A stretch of 64,000 bases of DNA from Vicugna vicugna (taxonomy: Eukaryota), in the NCBI GenBank assembly GCA_013265495.1, contig MU058221.1:4218001-4282000 (forward strand). The letters are read 5' to 3'. Under the pieces are notes generated by a model. It made no database searches. It worked only from the letters and a program-made list of their open reading frames with translations, and was not told the origin of the DNA. Position numbers and translations under genes: made by a program. This document shows, piece after piece, positions 24,021-37,045 of the stretch; position 1 is the stretch's first letter; each line of letters begins with the position of its first letter.

Positions 24021-24733
24021 CAGGGTGCTTCTTTGTGGGGCCTGTGCTAGTCTTGGATAAACTCCAGTCCCAACCACGCAAAATGGCCTCTCTGAGTTGC
24101 TATGGATTTAGACCCTCTATAGAGTTAGCGCTTCCATCCTATTGATTCATATGGAAACACCTCAGACAATTTCATATGAAAATGTTTCTCCCACATTCCT
24201 CACTGGCTGAGCTGAATATTCACACACTGTACAAAGAACAAAAGGTGAACTTCAGACGCGCTGGGAACAGGTTGCTTTCCAGGGAGCTCAGTCAAGGGGG
24301 AAGGTTTCCTGGGCTCACTGAGGAGGGGCCCAGTGCTAGCCACTTGTTGCATCCCAGATCCGGCAACCTCGCTTCCGCCATCTCTTACCCAGGCCACACC
24401 CTGGTGAGTCCATCGCTCAGAGAACCTTGATTCCAGCCCTTGACTGAAGAATCCTGCCAGATCACTGCCAAGGTTTGTGTATGCCCCTACCTTGAAAGCG
24501 ACTGACATCTGTTCACAAGACCAGACATCAGCTGTGAGAATCAGGATGAATACAGTGCTGGCCATTACCTGAATCACACTAGACAAATTTAGAGATAACA
24601 GCTTAATCCAGCTCTACTCCAACAATCACTAAAAAAGAGAAAGGATGTCACGTAGGAGTGACGAGGCAAAATCAAGTCAGACTATGGGTTTTAGACAGTC
24701 ACGTCAGCCTCTTTGATGAAGTTGTATTGGTTC

Positions 24734-25181
24734 TTTTTTATTATTATTGAGTTATAGTCAGTTTACAATGTTGTGTCAATTTCCAGCATACAGCACAATT
24801 TTTCAGTTATACACGAGCATACTTATATTAATTGTCACATTCTTTTTCGCTGTGAGCTACCACAAGATCGTGTGTATATTTCCCTGTGCTGTACCGTATA
24901 ATCTTGTTTATCTGTTCTGCATACGCCTGTCAGGATCTACAAATTTCGAACTCTCAGTCTGTCCCTTCTCACCCCTCCCCTCTCCCCCCGGCAACCACAA
25001 GTTTATATTCTATGTCTATGAGCCTGTTTCTGTTTTGTATTTATGTTCTTTTTTTTTTTTTTTTTGATTCCACATATGAGCGATCTCATATGGTATTTTT
25101 CTTTCTCTTTCTGGCTGACTTCACTTAGAATGACATTCTCCAGGGACATCCACGTTGCTGCAGATGGCGTTGTGTTGTCGT
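24734..25181 (-). mobile_element. Young 5'-truncated L1 with 12-bp TSD
   Basis: TSD ttgtattggttc at 24722-24733 and 25182-25193. It shares diagnostic sequence with the 11147 copy (LENVILSEVSQKEKEKYHMR). Confidence 0.93.
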
Positions 25182-26740
25182 TTGTATTGGTTCCTAAGGA
25201 GACTCTACCGTGTATGTTATCTAAGACTTTGGCCTTCATCTGAATAAAAAGAGCAACAGTTGGGCAAGGAGCCCACCCTCAGTACATCACGTGGAATGTG
25301 ATAAAGTTACATAAAAGAAGCACCATTTGGATATTCCAGTCTGCAGTTGTGAACAGGGCAGCAGATTAGATTTCTAGGTTTTTCAACCTCAGATTCAGTC
25401 CAGGGAAAACTCTGTGGCTTTGGAATTGCCATCGATCATTACACGGCTGTGCCAGAAGGGCGCATGCTCTGAAATGGTCGTCCAGAAAGTCATGATAGGT
25501 TTAGTCATCCAACCTTTCTCATTTCCTCATTCTTCTGGGACTCAGTGAAGGGAAATATTATAAAGAGGAATTTTGGGAGCTCTTAGCGCTTTCAGGCCAA
25601 AGCAGCAGCACTACTGGAAAAGTATTAAATCTTAGTCAATACAGGATCCCCATGCTCAAGCCAGGACCTACACTTTCTTCCAAAGGGAGGAGGTAAAAAT
25701 CATTGGCCAAAACTAGGTGCAACATGTCCGCTGGTTTCCTAAGAGCGCTGGTTAAGCAAGAGAATCTCCATACTTTTTTAAGGGCTGTTGACATTTCCAT
25801 TAAAAGGTTCTCACAGAAGACAGCTCCCCAAAGCCCTCCAGAGATATTCAAGGGGTCTTGTCCCTCCAGATCCTTACCTACTTCCACTCTAACACTGCAC
25901 AAAAACTAGACCTGAGCTGGGGTGGCTGGTATGTGGTGCATTTCCATCACCTCCCGTCCTGTATCCACAACCAACAATGCTACTCACCTGCTCTCAAAGC
26001 GCTTCTCAGAGAGCAGTCTTCTCTTTTCCCTCTCCTGAGACCCCAGATCAAAGCAAAGGTCTGACGGAGCAATCAGCTCAACACATCATTTTCTGTTTGA
26101 GCTGTGGCTACCTCGTACTTGGTTACTCTAAGCTCAATTTACGTCACACTCTGCTGCCCAGTCTTCTTGAAGCAAGCTCAAACCCTCTGAAGTACGGCAC
26201 CTTTTAATTTGCATGCAAACTCCTTAATCCAGCGGATAAGGTCTCCTAAATTCTGGCCTTGGCTTCTCAGCTCCCCCCTGTGCTCTCGTCCTGCGTCTTA
26301 CACAAGGCTGCTAACTGCCCCTGTGCACACGGCGGGGCCCTCGGGAATGTCCCCCCGTTATTCCCTCTCCTGAAATTGCTCCCCTCTCTCTTCCCTTCTA
26401 CTACCCAAATACTATGCTTGGTCCAGATCACGCTCTGGCTCAGCGATGAACTGTTCCCTGACCATGTGTCCCGGGACTGCTGGCTCTCTCCCCTGTGCTC
26501 TCTCAGAAGATCAGACTGCATCTTTCGCTTGGTCTGGATTACACCCTCCTCTATTCTACCTTTCACCGCAGTGGGAACTCACAGTATAAAATTATTATGT
26601 GGTGTAACTTTAGATCTGTCATTGCTCACAGAAAAGCCTGGCACACGATACAAACACAAGAACTATGTCACGGTGCAGCCTCCTGCCCTGGCTTCCCCGT
26701 TTTCCCACCTGGTGCTCGCTTACAGAGGCCCGACAGGTGG

Positions 26741-26937
26741 TGGTGGAGAGCACAGCCTTTGGGAGCCGAACTATCTGGATTTGAATCTTGGTTCTGTCTC
26801 CTAATACCCGTGTGATCTTGGGCAAGTTACTTCATGGGGATAATAAAGACATCACACACATGGTTGTCACAAGAATTGAGTCAATATGAGTCAAGCATTT
26901 AGAACAGCGCCTGGTAAACATTCAATAAACGTCTGCA
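26741..26937 (+). mobile_element. MIR
   Basis: ctggatttgaatcttggttctg...tgtgtgatcttgggcaagttactt...agcatttagaacagcgcctgg...ttcaataaacg. Confidence 0.8.
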
Positions 26938-28767
26938 GGTTCGTTGAGCTAAACTCTCCCTCAAGCCTGGGATCACTGAACAACAAAGGGCAGGGTGGTG
27001 AGTTGTGCAGAGATTTTGTTCAGAATGAGCCAGAGAAAGAAAGGGGCTGGCAGATTCTGCAGTCCAGGAGAACAGTGGACCGGGATGAGGGAGTCCACTA
27101 AAACAGAAAGGAGCAGGCAGGTCCAGAGTTCCAGAGGAGCAGAAACCACAGACCAGGAGTCATAGTCTTCCAGGGCAGCTCCATGAACAGCATGCAAGGT
27201 GCCTGGTCCCAGGGCAGAGGTGGCTTGCCGTCTGCTCCACGTTTACTTTCCCTTCCAGGAGTAAGACGTTCTGGAAACTCAGGAAATAACAGAACCAATG
27301 ATAGAGCAGAGAAGACCAGCCCTATGGAGGCAAAAACATACAGATCTACCCCATTTCAGGCCAACATAACCAGAGAGTATGCAGCTCAGGCATCCCCCGG
27401 GCTCATCCATTCATGGATAAATCGATGACCATCTCAGTCTACATCAGCTCATGCCCTTTTTTTTCAGCCTCCAAAATTATAGGTCATCCCTCTCAACAAG
27501 GTATGAGCTATGAGGAATTCAACATAAGATGGTAGTCCATGCACCCTTCCTTTAGTGTCTAACTCATTTTCTCCTCATAAAACATTTAAAGCATTTAAAA
27601 TTATTACTTTCTGCCTGAGTCATAATGTTGTTAAAGCTTATAAAATCATTTCAGTGTTAATTCCCCTGACTCAACTTTCTTAAATATTCTTCCTCAGAAG
27701 TTGTAGATAATTTAACCAGAAAAGATCTTTTAAAAAAAAAAAACCAACCAGAATAATCAGAAAATAGATGAAGTAAGGAAAATAACATAACTGAAGGTGA
27801 ATGCTGGGTTTGGAGTTGGGAACTCTGAGCTTTGCTCACTGACTCTTGTTATAAAATGACCACTTGACATGGCCCTTTGCCCACCTCCCTCCCCCAGGCA
27901 CCCCTACCATCCAGCACACACTGAGCAGTGCCCTGTGCAGCCAAATGAAATGATCATTTTTTTAAAAAAAATTATTTCTCATCACCAACACCGGTCAATC
28001 AACCCAGAACAAGCAGAAGTCATGCAGAAGGCAACTCAGGCAGAACATACCAAGGCAAAGGCATTCTGGCTTTCTTCAGGGTCCATTTATGCCTCAAAGG
28101 AGCTGCTTCAGATGCTGGGCAGCTCAGGGAGGCATGGAACAGTCAGGAACCCAAACCCACAGTGACGGCCACGCCGCCGATCAAAGAGGAGCGAGGGCTG
28201 AGCTGCCACTGCAGGAGGCCCATGAGAACGTGGGGCCAGCGGGAGCTGGACCAGAACTGCAGGGGACGCCAGAGACACAGAGGCAGGGCACGGACTATCA
28301 TTTTTCTGAGAATACAGTCTAGAAAACTCTCATCAGAATTCTCAAAAAAGACCGTGATTTGAAAAGGATTTCGTCCTTGTCCTGGAGATCCAAGAGACAT
28401 CCTCCCAGAGGATGTCCTGAAATAGCATTTTAATGATTTAAAGGGAACCCTTAGGAAGCTCCAGGTTGACCAGCTGGTCTCTTTTGCAAGAGGTGGACGA
28501 CACTGAACAGAGAGTATTAAGTCACTAGGTGACTCCAGAAGCCACAGTGCATGGAGCTAACACTGGAGAGGACAGTCTGAGCTCCACCCACCTGCTTATT
28601 CTTTCTCTCTCCCCCTCCATCTCCTTCTACCAGACGTGGGGTGCTTGCAAGTCAGGACCTCGTTCATTCACAATAAAGGGTGTTACCAATTACATTTGTG
28701 CTGGAGGAGCGTTAGAGGGATCCAGTCTTAGGCACAAGCAGTCTGAGTGAGACAGGAAAAGCTGTTT

Positions 28768-28860
28768 ACTTATTTTATTTTTTAATGGAGGTACTGGGGA
28801 TTGAACCCAGGACCTAGACATGCTAAGCATGTGCTCTACCACTGAGATATACCCTCCTCC
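28768..28860 (-). mobile_element. Camelid tRNA-derived SINE (Vic-1-like)
   Basis: Antisense of ggtatatctcagtggtagagcacatgcttagcatg...gtcctgggttcaatccccagtacctcc plus an A-rich tail. Imperfect TSD caggaaaa..tgtt on both sides. Confidence 0.85.
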
Positions 28861-29349
28861 CAGGAAAAATTGTTGAGTAAAGCTGAAGAAATAGTGCTGA
28901 GCTCTTTGAGAAATACACAAGTGGCCTGAGTCGAGATCTGCCCAGCCCTCGTTCTGGTTTGAGAGAACGCTGAAAGTCCTTGGCATGGTACTAACATGTG
29001 ATCGTGTATTTAAAGGACACTTAGGCGTGAAGGGCTGTAAATGCTTCAAGGATTCAAAGTAAAAGTGGTCCAGGGATGATGGCAGTTACCAAGGAAGGTT
29101 GCTTGGAGTGGGCACCCCAAGGTTTTAAGGCCAGGAAGCTCTTAGTTAGAGCTTTCCCTAAAGAGAGCACAACAAAAAGTGGCACTGACGTACGTGAAGG
29201 TGGTCGGATACGATGAAGTCACTTATTGTATAACATCATTCTGAACCAGCGTACGAACCTCTGCCCAACGGCCGCAGGGCCACTTCCTCACGTTATAGGA
29301 TCGCGGCACATCAGAGCTAAGCCAGACTTAAAGATCACTTGTTCATTAA

Positions 29350-29490
29350 TTGCAAACAAGTGGCCCACGAGCAGAGTATAGCCCACAGACCTTTTGTGTG
29401 GACCAAACAGTGATTTAAAAATTTGAACCAATATTTAAAAATTAGGAAATTTTACATGAAAATCTGGACTCGTGGACTCACCTAAAAGAC
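29350..29490. mobile_element. MER102-like hAT-Charlie fragment
   Basis: tggccc...atttaaaaattaggaaattttacatgaaaatctgga. Confidence 0.55.
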
Positions 29491-29511
29491 AGATGCGGTT
29501 TAAAAAAAAAA

Positions 29512-29610
29512 AAACCTAGTGAATATAACAAAAAAGAAACAGACTCACAGATACAGAAAACAAACTAGTTAGAGGTTATGGCTTGGGAGAGGGAAGTGGG
29601 GGAGGGGCCA
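29512..29610 (+). mobile_element. Short L1 3' UTR fragment
   Basis: gtgaatataacaaaaaagaaacagactcacagatacagaaaacaaactag. Confidence 0.65.
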
Positions 29611-29614
29611 CACA

Positions 29615-30213
29615 GAGGGCTGCGCATTTCAGTCCCACCCCCTGGCATCTGGGGAGGAAAGAAGGGCTGGAGGTTGAATCGGTCACCAATGGCCAATGAT
29701 TTTATCCATCGTGTCTAAGTAATGAAGCCTCCAAAGGAGGGAGCTCAAAGAGTCTCCAGGTTGGTGAAGCGGCACACGTCCACGTGGCACCGCGCTGGGC
29801 CCCGACCCCATGCGGACGGACGCTCCTCTGTTCGGGGCCTCCCCTGCGCGGATCTGCCCGTGGCTGTTAATTTATATTCCTTAACACTCTCTGTAATCAG
29901 CCAGTAATCTAGTAAGTAAACAGGCTGCCTGAGTTCTGTGCGCTGTTTTAACAGACTGCTCAAACCCAAGGTGACGGTCATGGGAACCTGCAATCTTGAG
30001 CCGGTTTGTCAGAAGCCACAACCTAAGCTCGCGAGTGATTCCTACAGCGGAGGGCCGTCCTGCGGGGCTGAGCCCTTCCCCTGTGAAACCCGGTGTTACC
30101 TCCCGGGACACAGTGGCAGGACCGAGCTGAACTGTAGGACACCCAGCTAGGGGCCAAGAATTGCTCGGTGGCGGGGAGGCCACCGCACCCTCACACTGAA
30201 ACTGGAGGCAGAA
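29615..30213 (+). mobile_element. MER21-like ERVL LTR, unusually CpG-rich
   Basis: tcaccaatggccaatgatttt...gtaatgaagcctcca...cctgagttctgtg...tcatgggaacc...gaactgtaggacacccagct. Confidence 0.75.
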
Positions 30214-30415
30214 CCCGTGCTCACTGTAACGCAGCGACGGGGCTGGCAAGCTGTCCCGGAAACGCAGTCGCTCGGCGCATCCGCGTCACAAAGCTACGGC
30301 TCAGGCCCGGCGGAGACGCGCTGCGGGCGGCACACACTCAGAACGGCGGCGTGCTCCCGCCGTTGTCTCTTCCAGTTTCCGTTTATTTCATCACTGGCCA
30401 CTCCCTCCGATGAGA
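29765..30415. promoter_or_regulatory. Orphan CpG island
   Basis: About 50 CpGs in ~650 bp by hand count, GC-rich, against a CpG-depleted background. Confidence 0.65.
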
Positions 30416-33400
30416 TGCCTTCTATTCAACCGACTTTCTTCAACCTCTCCTTGAAGGCTGATTTTGACCGCCTGCCTCCTAAAATATCTCCTTGATTATG
30501 TCCACCTGTCTTGAACCATTGTGGGGGTTTTTTGGTGTGTGTGTATGTATGTGTATTTACATACACACACATATAACCAAATATATATTTTATGTAACTA
30601 CTTTCAATGTCATTTGCCTTGACACTTTGTGAAACTTCTAGTGCAGCCATGTGCACATCCTTATGAGTCAAAAGTGGCCATTAGAAAACAAAATGATTAC
30701 AGAAAACAAGACCACAAGAAAGTAAACATAGAAATTGGTGAATAACACTCCAAATGAAGGAAAAAAAAAAAAACTCAGTTTGTGTCCTAGAGATCTTTGG
30801 GCAACAAACAGAGCCAGAAGGTCATGAATGGGTGATGGGGTCAGTCCACATCCAGCTGATGGGATGATGTTCAATTCAAATGATGTTCAAACAGTGATAA
30901 GAAAAGTAGGTATTAAGTGTGGTGGTCAGATGTAATAGATATGTAGGGCTGTGTGTTTGTCTGTCTGTCTGAGTTCAATGGTTTTCTATTTAGCATTCTG
31001 TGTATCTCCTCTCAGGGTAAAAAAAAAAAAAGTCACTACATTGTCACTACATTTGAACAATAGGTTTAGTGCGCAGGATCGCCCAGTCTGCTCCAAAGAA
31101 GTAATTCAACCCTGCTGCTCCTTGTCCTGACTTAGCGTCAACCTAGGTGAGGCAGGAAGAAAAATCCTACCTTATCCCCAGCTTTCCTCGGGTGAAAATG
31201 GGAAAGCCTTTTCTATCTCAAAAATTCAAACGCCAACTTGAAAAGCGTAAGGACAATCTCACCAACTAGCGTTTTGGGAAATGGAAAACCTCTCTGAGCA
31301 AAGCAATCTCCTGAGGCTAATTATCTCAGCGCTTTGTACTCTCAGACAACTGCACCTTCGGTGCTTCGCCCACCGTCCACTTTTGCAGATTATGTAACAA
31401 AGGGACAGAAAAGTCAGCTGGCTTTTCAAGATCAGGACAGCAGATCCAGGGGTTAGACTCGCAACTTTCTTCTTCCCAGGAACTGAGCTGCCACTGCAAG
31501 GCTGCCTCTGTCCCGGATACTCTGTTTACACTCAAAGGCTGCTGCAATGCCTCCCCTGTATATAACAACTTTTACAACACTGTCGCAATCATTGTTTTTG
31601 TTTATCAGATTTCTCTGTAAATTTATTATGGTAGCAGATTACTTTACATCAGTCCCTTGATTGTAGTTGTTGAGTTCGTTCATCCCTGGTGTTAAGGGTG
31701 CTGATAAAATCTGTGTCCCCAAATCACAGAACTAACGGCCAGATACTGGTCCCTGGTGAACTGTCCGAGGCAAACACTCTTTGGAAAGTCTCTTGTCAGC
31801 TAAACCACCTGGTGTAGCACATGAAACTGTCCAAAGCTAGGAGTCACCAAGACATTAAATCACAGGGCTCGGTTAACTGGGCTGCATGGTGATAGCACGT
31901 TGGATGAGACTTTCTTAAACCAGTCTAGGAAGCAGCCAAGTCCCAGTAAAAGGCCAGAAGCTCTAATTTGCCTAAAATTATTAAACTGATTAAGCTAAGT
32001 CTGTTCAAATTAATTGCAATCATGATTTGACTGAGGATTCATTCCTGAACAATACCCCCTTTTTTGTAATAAATCTGTAATGGAATTAACTTCACTGGTA
32101 GGCTGTCCGTGGTGTGATTGACACCCCCACCAAACACCCTGCAACCTCACACGGTTCTTGAATTCCAGGAGTGACCATCACACACCCCCCTGCATTTTAT
32201 GCGCTTTCACTACTTCTCTGATATAACAACACACACACACAGACAAATGACTGTCACTTATGGAATTATTTAATCTCAAGTTACGTTGCCTTTCTTTTCT
32301 GCTTCTTTTTGTGTTCCCACTTCATTGGGTAAGAATGTCTCCCTCCCCATGGGGCAGAAGCAAGATGATCATGTTCTTAGAGAATTAACGTCTTACAGAA
32401 AGATTCTGAAGACTCAACCTTGAGTTGCTGAAGAATTACTTCGGAGTGTTCTGTGAAATCCGGACATAGCTGGGGGGTTTGGGCTACGCATTGTGCCTTG
32501 GCTTGTCCTGGGGCTCGGTCCTGGCTGAGTGATAGGCCCTCAGTGCTCAACTGACATTCCTGGAGTGGGAACGTGGCACCCAATGCTGGCTTCAAGATGC
32601 TCCACTCTGAGCTATGCCTGCCTCTTGCTAGCTGGGAGTGCATGTTTTTATCTTCTTGGGAGTGTTACCTTTCATTTCAGAATAAATCTGGAAAAGCCGT
32701 CCATTCTTCTTTGGCTAAGGCTGAGATGTCTAAGACCCAGAGGGGTGTTCTCTTGGAAGAGTCAAACACAAGACCTCGGGGGTCTCACATGGGGAGAGTT
32801 GTGGCCCACTTTCTCCATCCCCTGATGGGAAGAAAAGTAGGCAACAGGGAGCTGGAGTTCATAGGTTGAAAAGACAAGAAAAAGGTTTTGGCCACTAAAA
32901 GGATGGGAACTATGGCTTTGCAAAGAGAAGCAAAGGGCTCAGGAATTTTGGAGTCTGGTCCAGCTGAACAATGTTAGCTTGTTGCAGGTGCTTCCACAGA
33001 GTGGCCTCAAGATGCCTATCATGGTTTATGCAAGATTTCAGTTGATTCTTCCTTCAAGATGGTGGTCAGAAAATTTCCAATAGCGTCTTGTGGTAAAGCC
33101 ACAGGCACTAACCTGGTCACAGGTTATACTCAGCTGTCAGCATGTATATATGTCTTTAGCATCTATCTATTAATCGAGTCCAACTTCAAACACTCCAGGC
33201 CCCAGGTCACCCTCACCCCACGACCACAGAGTACCAGCAGGAGAGAAGCCAGGTGCAGGCAGCAGGCAGCAGGCAGCAGGAACAGCGGCCAGAGTGCATC
33301 CTGCATCCCACGACTCCCCTCCGCGCCTCCCCAGTAAATGTTTTTGCTGACCTTAGTCAGCCTACAAGATAGAGCTGAAAATTTTTCCCCCAATTAACAG

Positions 33401-34810
33401 CAGAGAAAACGGAACCTCAGAGAAGTTAATGCTTTCCTGGTGTGGCAGGAGTTGGTTCTGTTTTCTTCCATCACCCAGTGTCTCTCTCTGGGTTCCAGAT
33501 GGCTTTGCCTTTTCTTTCCCATTCCTGCGGTAAACGACTGAACTCAGGATGCAGAATAGCCCATTTATTGCGAAAAGCATGCATATGATTATTTAAGAAT
33601 AAGAATAAATTCCTAAAGTCTTACCTAAATGTTAAAATCTATACAAGAACGATTGCAAATTTTGCCTTTTTTTTCTATTGTGCATTGACTTTGCTATTCC
33701 TCATTGTTGTTTACAGAATGCAGATTTTTTAAAAAATAAATTGAAGTGTTTTAACTCCTTTGTAATCCTGATTAAATCTCTTTTATATAGAAAGACAATT
33801 GATTTGTATTTTCTTTAGAAAATGTACGTATATAGAGGTAAGAGGCAGCAGTGTCCCACTTTTATAAATTACCTGGATTGACAATTCAAAAATATTTTTT
33901 CCTATCTTATCTGCCTTATATAATGTTCTAAATCATTTCTATGAGTCTTTGAGAGACTTAAAAATGGGAAATGTTTCTAATTTACGTTTTTCAGTTGTCG
34001 AGCACATTGTTCACCTCAACTGTTGAGGAAACAAAAGAACAAAAGATGAATATCTCCATCTAGAGCCTGTTTAGGAAAAATGTACTTGCTCAGAAGAAGT
34101 CATTCCGTGTTCTGAGGATGGGCTGCAATGCAACAGCTCATCAGTGTGTCAGGAGGAAGCAGCAAGGACGTGATGAACGTCAGTTTGGGGTGGACACCAC
34201 GTGATCGGGTTCATATGCCCCAGGATGCTGGCTTAGTGTCTATTCACGTGTCCTAAGATTGTTGGGGCACAAAGTAATTCGATGCTTTCTAGCTCAAGTG
34301 AACCTAACGGAGCTCTAACTTCTCTCCAAGCCTGATACCAGCCCTGCGTAAACAGTAAAGAAATAATTTGGAGTCTGTGTGTAAATTCCATCCTGAAAAA
34401 TCAGCAAAGGGTGCATTGGAAAGAAAAGAAGTGGCACTTAAGCTAGACTTGGTAGTTCAAGGAGACTCTCTTGGGTAAGTTGATTTATGAATTAATCATA
34501 AAAGGGTACTTTTTATTTTTAATTGATAATTTTATTTAATTTGTTAAATAAATATTTAATATTAATTTTGAATTTTTGTTACAAATATTCACACACACCC
34601 CAATCCATCTCCCCCTGCGTTTACTCTATCAATTATTCATTCTCTGTCTACTTTTTTTAATCTCTACTTTTTCCACTTCCACTGGCACCTCCCCCTTGGC
34701 TTATAACTCATTCTCAGTTCTTCCTTTACTTATGTAGTTTGTCAGTCTTTTTTGACATTTACTGCATCCTCTTCCCACAAACACCTCCCTTGTTTCTCAC
34801 GGCACTAAAC

Positions 34811-35252
34811 TGTGGCAGGTGTTGTTAATGTGCCATCCACAGCTCTTAAGCACACAGCATGTCCACGCATGGCAGCCCAGACTTACAACCGCCAGCACAC
34901 CCACTCTTCTGACTGCCAGAACCCACTCCTAATGCACACGAGACAGGCCAGCAGTGCCAGGGAATTAACCCTTGACAAATGCCCCTAACCAATAACTAAC
35001 AGCAATCGGTGTAGAAATACTTCCGCTCCTTCACCCCTCAGGCAAGACAATCCTACCACACACGTCTACACGGGGTCTCCGGGTTCCACAGTGCCTTTAA
35101 GCTTCGGTTGCTCACAACCTTTACTGGCTTTCTTCTCTTCCTTGTTTCACCTCTTCACTCATCTACTGCTACTTCCTGGATCATTCACCAACTAAATTCC
35201 TTGCACTCAAACCTTGTCTTTGTGTCTGCTTCTTATGGAATCCAGACAGACA
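34811..35252 (+). mobile_element. LTR16-like ERVL solo LTR
   Basis: TG...CA termini; gtgccagggaattaac...aaccaat...cttgcactcaaaccttgtctttgtgtctgcttc. Confidence 0.75.
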
Positions 35253-35513
35253 AAATTTTGGTTTTATAACGACTTCCCTGAATTTTTCTTTTTAGTATTT
35301 TTTTTCCTCTCATTGAAACTCCTTAACTAGTGGGCATCTCAAGATTTCATTCTCAGATAGAGCCCATCCACATTTTTATTTTCATTTACCATCTATAGGC
35401 AGGCGATTCTCAGATCAATTTATCTAGATGTATAACTTTCAAAGATTTACTTTCACCAGGATGTTTCTGCTCCCCAAAATGCTGTGAGCTCTTTAAAGAC
35501 TGGGCTATCTCTC

Positions 35514-35755
35514 TTTTTTTCATGATTGAAGTATTGTTGATTTACAGTGTTGTGCTAGTTTCTGGTATACAGCATAGTGATTCAGTTTTACATTTTTATA
35601 TAATTGTTTTTCATATTCTTTTTCATTATAGGTTATTACAAGATATTGAATATAGTTCCCTGTGCTATACAGTAGGACCCTGTTGTTTATCTATTTTATA
35701 TATAGTAGTTTGTATCTACAAATCCCAAATTCCCAATTTATCTCTCTCCCTTCTT
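35514..35755 (-). mobile_element. L1 3' end inserted in an L2 tail
   Basis: ttgaagtattgttgatttacagtgttgtg...ttccctgtgctatacagtaggacc; ctatctct is repeated on both flanks. Confidence 0.8.
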
Positions 35756-36575
35756 GACCTATCTCTTTATTTCTTTATTTCCAGACTTTAAAGTAGTGTC
35801 TGACATGCCATGGATATTGAATAAGTGGTGTTTTAGTTGATTAGAACATGAAAGTAAAGGAAAATGTCAATTTATTGCATATAGGAAAGTCCTAGAAGAA
35901 TTCTGTGCCCACATAGTGACAAAATAAAGTGTATTTGGTCAATTAATACAAAAACATATTCAAATCTGTGAAGAAGGAAAGAAACCTACTTTTGTGGAGC
36001 ATGATAATGTAAATAGCCAATTAACTGAACTTCCCATATTCCGACTGAATCTACTGGCAAATTCAACAACTGGAGTGTTAAGTGCTGAAAATGAGTGTTT
36101 AGTATCTATTGCTTTTGTTCTCCTTTCAGTTAATCAGCTATTCAAAAAACCATCCTGCTCAACTGAGGCCAATCTGTCTCGTTTTCAGGGTATCTGTTAA
36201 CCACCAAGAACTATATTTCTTATATTTAAAATAAATGAGAGTGCCAGCAAGACCTCTCCCTTCCATTTGGAAGGTGGAAGGCTGCCAGACAGAGTACCCA
36301 GATCAACTGCTGACACTTAAATCGCTATTTGCTTAATGCCAATAAAGTATTTCATGTGTAAGAATTAAGATTGTGAGCAATAAATTAGGCACATTTGTGC
36401 TATGACTCCTTTAAGGAATTATCCTGCAGAATAGCAGTATGTTAGTGTTCATTGCAATTTAATTCAACTGCCTCTTTCCACAGGTACAGAGGCTGAGATC
36501 CAGAGACATGAAGCAGCTTTTTCTAGACCACCGCACAGGTGGAGAGCTGAGACCGAGGCATCAACCTATCGTTTA

Positions 36576-37045
36576 TGTTGACTGAAATCAAATGCACAGC
36601 CTAAAAGTTGAGAGTTATGTTTTATTCGGTGGACTTCCTGAGGTCTCGAGCCCAGGACACAGCCTCTCAGATCGCTCTAAGAGACTATCCTGAAACAGCA
36701 AAGCAGGACACACAGGAGTTTTTGCAATAAAGACCAGGTAGTCAGAACATTAAAATATTAATGTTAATTAAAGAAAACCAGACATCTCAAGGAACTTAGT
36801 GTTTTTCTATGTATGGGAAGGTGCAAAGCTCTGGGCTCACTGACATCATTCCTTTGATATGCACCTAGCTGTCTAGGGCCAGTACCCAGTTATTCCACAT
36901 CCTGAGTTCCCTCAGGGGGCACCGTTGGGGGTGGCGGCAGAGGCCGGGCTGCCTGGTGTGTCTGCGTCCTGAGTTCCCGCCACTCACTGTTGGGAGGTGG
37001 CGGTAGCAGCTCATCTGACTTGATGGCCGCAGCATCTTTTGTTAC
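36576..37045 (-). mobile_element. MER41-like ERV1 LTR (artiodactyl type)
   Basis: aaagttgagagttatgttttatt...cagcctctcagatcgctct...tttctatgtatgggaag...ttcctttgatatgcacct; contains an internal repeat, tcctgagttccc...gttggg.gtggcgg, twice. Confidence 0.7.

Noticed and set aside
26712..26721. GTGCTCGCTT matching the U6 snRNA 5' end
   Set aside because: The match stops after 10 nt and is consistent with chance.
26259..26804. 181-aa ORF
   Set aside because: It starts at TTG, runs through pyrimidine-rich L2-like and MIR sequence, and has no recognisable homology.
28081..28362. GC-rich stretch with open frames after a ttcttcag acceptor
   Set aside because: No recognisable peptide in any frame and no convincing donor.
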